DNA of 64,000 nt. Origin: Podarcis erhardii (taxonomy: Eukaryota). Numbering within the stretch: position 1 is the stretch's first letter; every line of letters begins with the position of its first letter. This document shows, one piece after another, positions 62,501-64,000 of the stretch. A program made the position numbers and the translations under genes. The DNA lies in NCBI GenBank assembly GCA_964252035.1, contig OZ176200.1; one strand, 5' to 3'. The notes under the pieces were generated by a model. The model made no database searches. It saw only the letters and a program-made list of their open reading frames with translations, and was not told the origin of the DNA.

Positions 62501-63843
62501 CAACAGAAAAATGCTGTTCATACAGTCAGGGTCTTCTCGGCAATGGAAAGCATGAACCCACAGCTGTGCAACTGCAAGGCTCATTTTCATGCTGCAGTGA
62601 CAACAGGATTCACTGTCACAACGGGAAGGAATGAAGAGTACCTCATAGTACCGGCATCAGAGATGCCATCTTATTATAGTTAGGCCTCATCTAGCACCTT
62701 AGTGAGACTCCTCATACACACACTCAAGAATTCTTCACAAGAGTCCTGCAGAGCTAGCTTAGTATCATCCCCACATTGAAGGTGGAGGATACTGCAGAGG
62801 AGGACTAATGGAGTGGCTTGCTTATGATCGCTTAGCACACGGCAAGAGGTAACATGTGAATGGGGACTTTTCACCCAGAAAATAGCCATCACGCTGAGCT
62901 CTCAATATACTTCCTCTTGAGGCCAAAAAGACCACAAGCGCCACAAGCTCCTTACAATTATCACCACACATTCAGCGGCACATTTTTGGAAGGTTTATTG
63001 GAAAGAACATTTTCAGCCTTTTCCCTTTCAACTGAAGGGACAAAAGCAGATGAGCAGAGTCCTCTAGAAAAATTCTGCTCACCCCTGAATCCCAAGGCCA
63101 AGTCTGTACAACTCTAAATCTCGCTTTAGAGACTGCATTGTCACTCGGAACGACAGCAGTGTCTCAAAGAGCTATGGTAAAAGCATGTCTTCACCATGTT
63201 TCTCAAGAATGAGCACATGTCCACCCCTCCAGCGTCGCTTTAACAGATTCTATATCATGGCAGAATCATTGCCACCATCTGCCCTAGAATGCCAAGCAGA
63301 ATGCTCCTACCTGAGTCTCTGGCGGGGGTCGGAGGGAGTCCCAGTCCGCCTGGCAGTACCATAGTCTGGCATGGTGCCGTAATCGAGGTCATCATATCCC
63401 ATGCTGCGCTGGTCGTCCTCCAACCCGTAAGGCTCTGGGTGGAAGCGGTTCAAGTCCATGTTGCTTCCCCCTACCCGCACCTGCGGCTGAGGCCCATAGA
63501 CATCCTGCCGACTGGGGGCCCGGTAGCCGTCCATGGAGGGGCGGTAGCGCTCGTCGATGCGTGTCACGCGGGACAGGCTGCCGTAGTTGTGCTCGCTGCC
63601 GTGGTAGCTGTCCTCGTACGGGCGGCCGTAGCCGTCTGGGTAGTGGTAGTTTCGCGGGAGGGTAGCTGTGCCCGGCTGGCTCATGTAGGCCCCAGGGCCG
63701 CCATTGGTGTTTTTCCTGAAGTTCCTATCCATGGTCTGGATGTAGTTGTTGGGGACTGGAGAGCCATCCACAGGCAGTCCGTCGGGGCCAACAGGAACTT
63801 GCTGCACTGTGCGCGTGGTCATGGTCTTCACAACCTTCTTCAC
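42339..63843 (-). CDS. CTNND1: Catenin delta-1 (p120-catenin), exons equivalent to human 6-21; 5' exons lie beyond the window
   Basis: Near-identical to p120 as recalled (VKKVVKT..., [60 protein letters not shown]). All visible junctions are GT-AG and in phase. Confidence 0.97.
42625..42681 (-). CDS. CTNND1: CTNND1 alternative exon B (57 nt, [19 protein letters not shown])
   Basis: tacAG acceptor, ATG|gtatgt donor. Ends match human exon B as recalled (QDEGQES...YPSM). Confidence 0.8.
43116..43207 (-). CDS. CTNND1: CTNND1 exon 19 ([19 protein letters not shown]...PLM)
   Basis: tttcAG acceptor, ATG|gtaaag donor. Confidence 0.9.
44041..44186. other. Assembly gap (146 N) hiding the 3' end of CTNND1 exon A
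   Basis: Run of N. Confidence 1.
44187..44234 (-). CDS. CTNND1: CTNND1 alternative exon A, partial ([16 protein letters not shown]...)
   Basis: gtgcAG acceptor; homologous to DKKPDREEIQMSNMG; runs into the gap. Confidence 0.85.
44665..44752 (-). CDS. CTNND1: CTNND1 exon 17 ([10 protein letters not shown]...[14 protein letters not shown])
   Basis: 88 nt, AG/GT boundaries. Confidence 0.92.
45703..45817 (-). CDS. CTNND1: CTNND1 exon 16 ([20 protein letters not shown]...DFQ)
   Basis: 115 nt, AG/GT boundaries. Confidence 0.95.
45951..46143 (-). CDS. CTNND1: CTNND1 exon 15 ([14 protein letters not shown]...LINKSG)
   Basis: 193 nt, AG/GT boundaries. Confidence 0.95.
46995..47145 (-). CDS. CTNND1: CTNND1 exon 14 ([13 protein letters not shown]...NKELIG)
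   Basis: 151 nt, AG/GT boundaries. Confidence 0.95.
47783..47910 (-). CDS. CTNND1: CTNND1 exon 13 (YELLFQPE...LCAGRWT)
   Basis: 128 nt, AG/GT boundaries. Confidence 0.95.
48851..48919 (-). CDS. CTNND1: CTNND1 exon 12 ([22 protein letters not shown])
   Basis: 69 nt, AG/GT boundaries. Confidence 0.92.
50639..50656 (-). CDS. CTNND1: CTNND1 alternative microexon C (18 nt, DEWFSR)
   Basis: ctccgcccaaAG|ACGAGTGGTTTTCGAGAG|gtgagt. Confidence 0.88.
51018..51171 (-). CDS. CTNND1: CTNND1 exon 10 ([14 protein letters not shown]...GAKKGK)
   Basis: 154 nt, AG/GT boundaries. Confidence 0.95.
52109..52226 (-). CDS. CTNND1: CTNND1 exon 9 ([18 protein letters not shown]...DSK)
   Basis: 118 nt, AG/GT boundaries. 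Confidence 0.95.
53017..53200 (-). CDS. CTNND1: CTNND1 exon 8 ([13 protein letters not shown]...GCLR)
   Basis: 184 nt; preceded by a 94-nt intron. Confidence 0.95.
53295..53758 (-). CDS. CTNND1: CTNND1 exon 7 (SYEDM...LTEVITG; first ARM repeats)
   Basis: 464 nt, AG/GT boundaries. Confidence 0.96.
54045..54182. mobile_element. Palindromic hAT-like MITE (related fragments near 11915-12030, 21175-21280 and 46590-46690)
   Basis: TIRs cagcctttctcaacctgtg / cacaggttgagaaccgctg; internal inverted ctacaactcccatca. TSD not evident. Confidence 0.7.
56828..56895. repeat. (GGGA)n(GA)n compound microsatellite
   Basis: Read directly. Confidence 0.9.
57627..57757. mobile_element. hAT-like MITE with perfect 8-bp TSD
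   Basis: TIR caggcataggcaaactcgg; TSD ccttaatg at 57619-57626 and 57758-57765. Confidence 0.88.
58935..59578 (+). mobile_element. tRNA/CR1-tail SINE interrupted by a TA-flanked MITE (58965-59378) and an L2 tail (about 59454-59538)
   Basis: agctcagtcggtaaagcatgagacactTA // TAatctcagggttgtggg...ggactagatgac // cctcgtaacccctttcaactctacaatt. MITE TIRs ccgtttttttcgccctatagg / cctatggggcgaaaaatacag. Confidence 0.8.
59585..59812 (+). mobile_element. MIR-like SINE
   Basis: cagtgtagcagagtggttagag head, gggttcaaatcc B-box, ctacctcacacggttgtcatgagg core. Confidence 0.65.
61955..62308 (-). mobile_element. L2-clade LINE 3' end with (CAT)n tail
   Basis: Highly similar to 7930-8260; (ATG)n at 61955-61974. 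Confidence 0.85.
63311..63843 (-). CDS. CTNND1: CTNND1 exon 6 (VKKVVKT...DPRQRLR; regulatory/phosphorylation domain)
   Basis: 533 nt; tgtAG acceptor, AG|gtagga donor. Confidence 0.96.
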
Positions 63844-64000
63844 CTACACAACAGTAACGGGAGCTGTTAGGCACCTGCCAGCGCCTTTGACCCCAAAGTA
63901 GTCAGTGCTAAGCTGGAATCACTGATTTCTTTGTGGTATTTCCCCATTACTTCCACATGGTCTTGCTCTTTTTACCCTCCGTGGCTCTTGTTCTGGGCCG

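Noticed and set aside
63289-63870. Plus-strand ORFs opposite CTNND1 exons (also 53430-53726)
   Set aside because: Antisense shadows of GC3-rich coding exons.

Overview
Vertebrate genomic DNA, most likely from a lacertid lizard (Sauria SINEs of the Podarcis type, and squamate L1, L2, CR1 and Penelope repeats). It has three N gaps. Gene order: OR10W1-like olfactory receptor (+, 3564-4517); an intact six-exon V2R/OlfC-type class C GPCR (+, 11437-22511, 871 aa); OR6Q1-like receptor (-, 26782-27747); an OR6/11-family receptor (-, 29892-30863); and the 3' two-thirds of CTNND1/p120-catenin (-, human-equivalent exons 6-21, 42339-63843, with a 3' UTR to about 40170). The rest is a dense, often nested transposon landscape. 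Main points of interest: (1) a solitary, divergent V2R sits inside an OR block that appears syntenic with the mammalian CTNND1-OR6Q1-OR10W1 region and has lost most amino-acid-binding signature residues; (2) a minimal hammerhead ribozyme from a young Penelope element lies in sense orientation in V2R intron 3; (3) p120 exon B is shortened and lacks the leucine-rich nuclear export signal; (4) one OR has lost both cysteines of an ECL2 disulfide; (5) an L1 is nested in a non-autonomous L1-like element, which is itself nested in an L2; (6) CTNND1 intron 6 holds a candidate unannotated exon overlapped by an unexpectedly long antisense ORF. Orthology and comparisons to human sequences are from memory, not from database searches.
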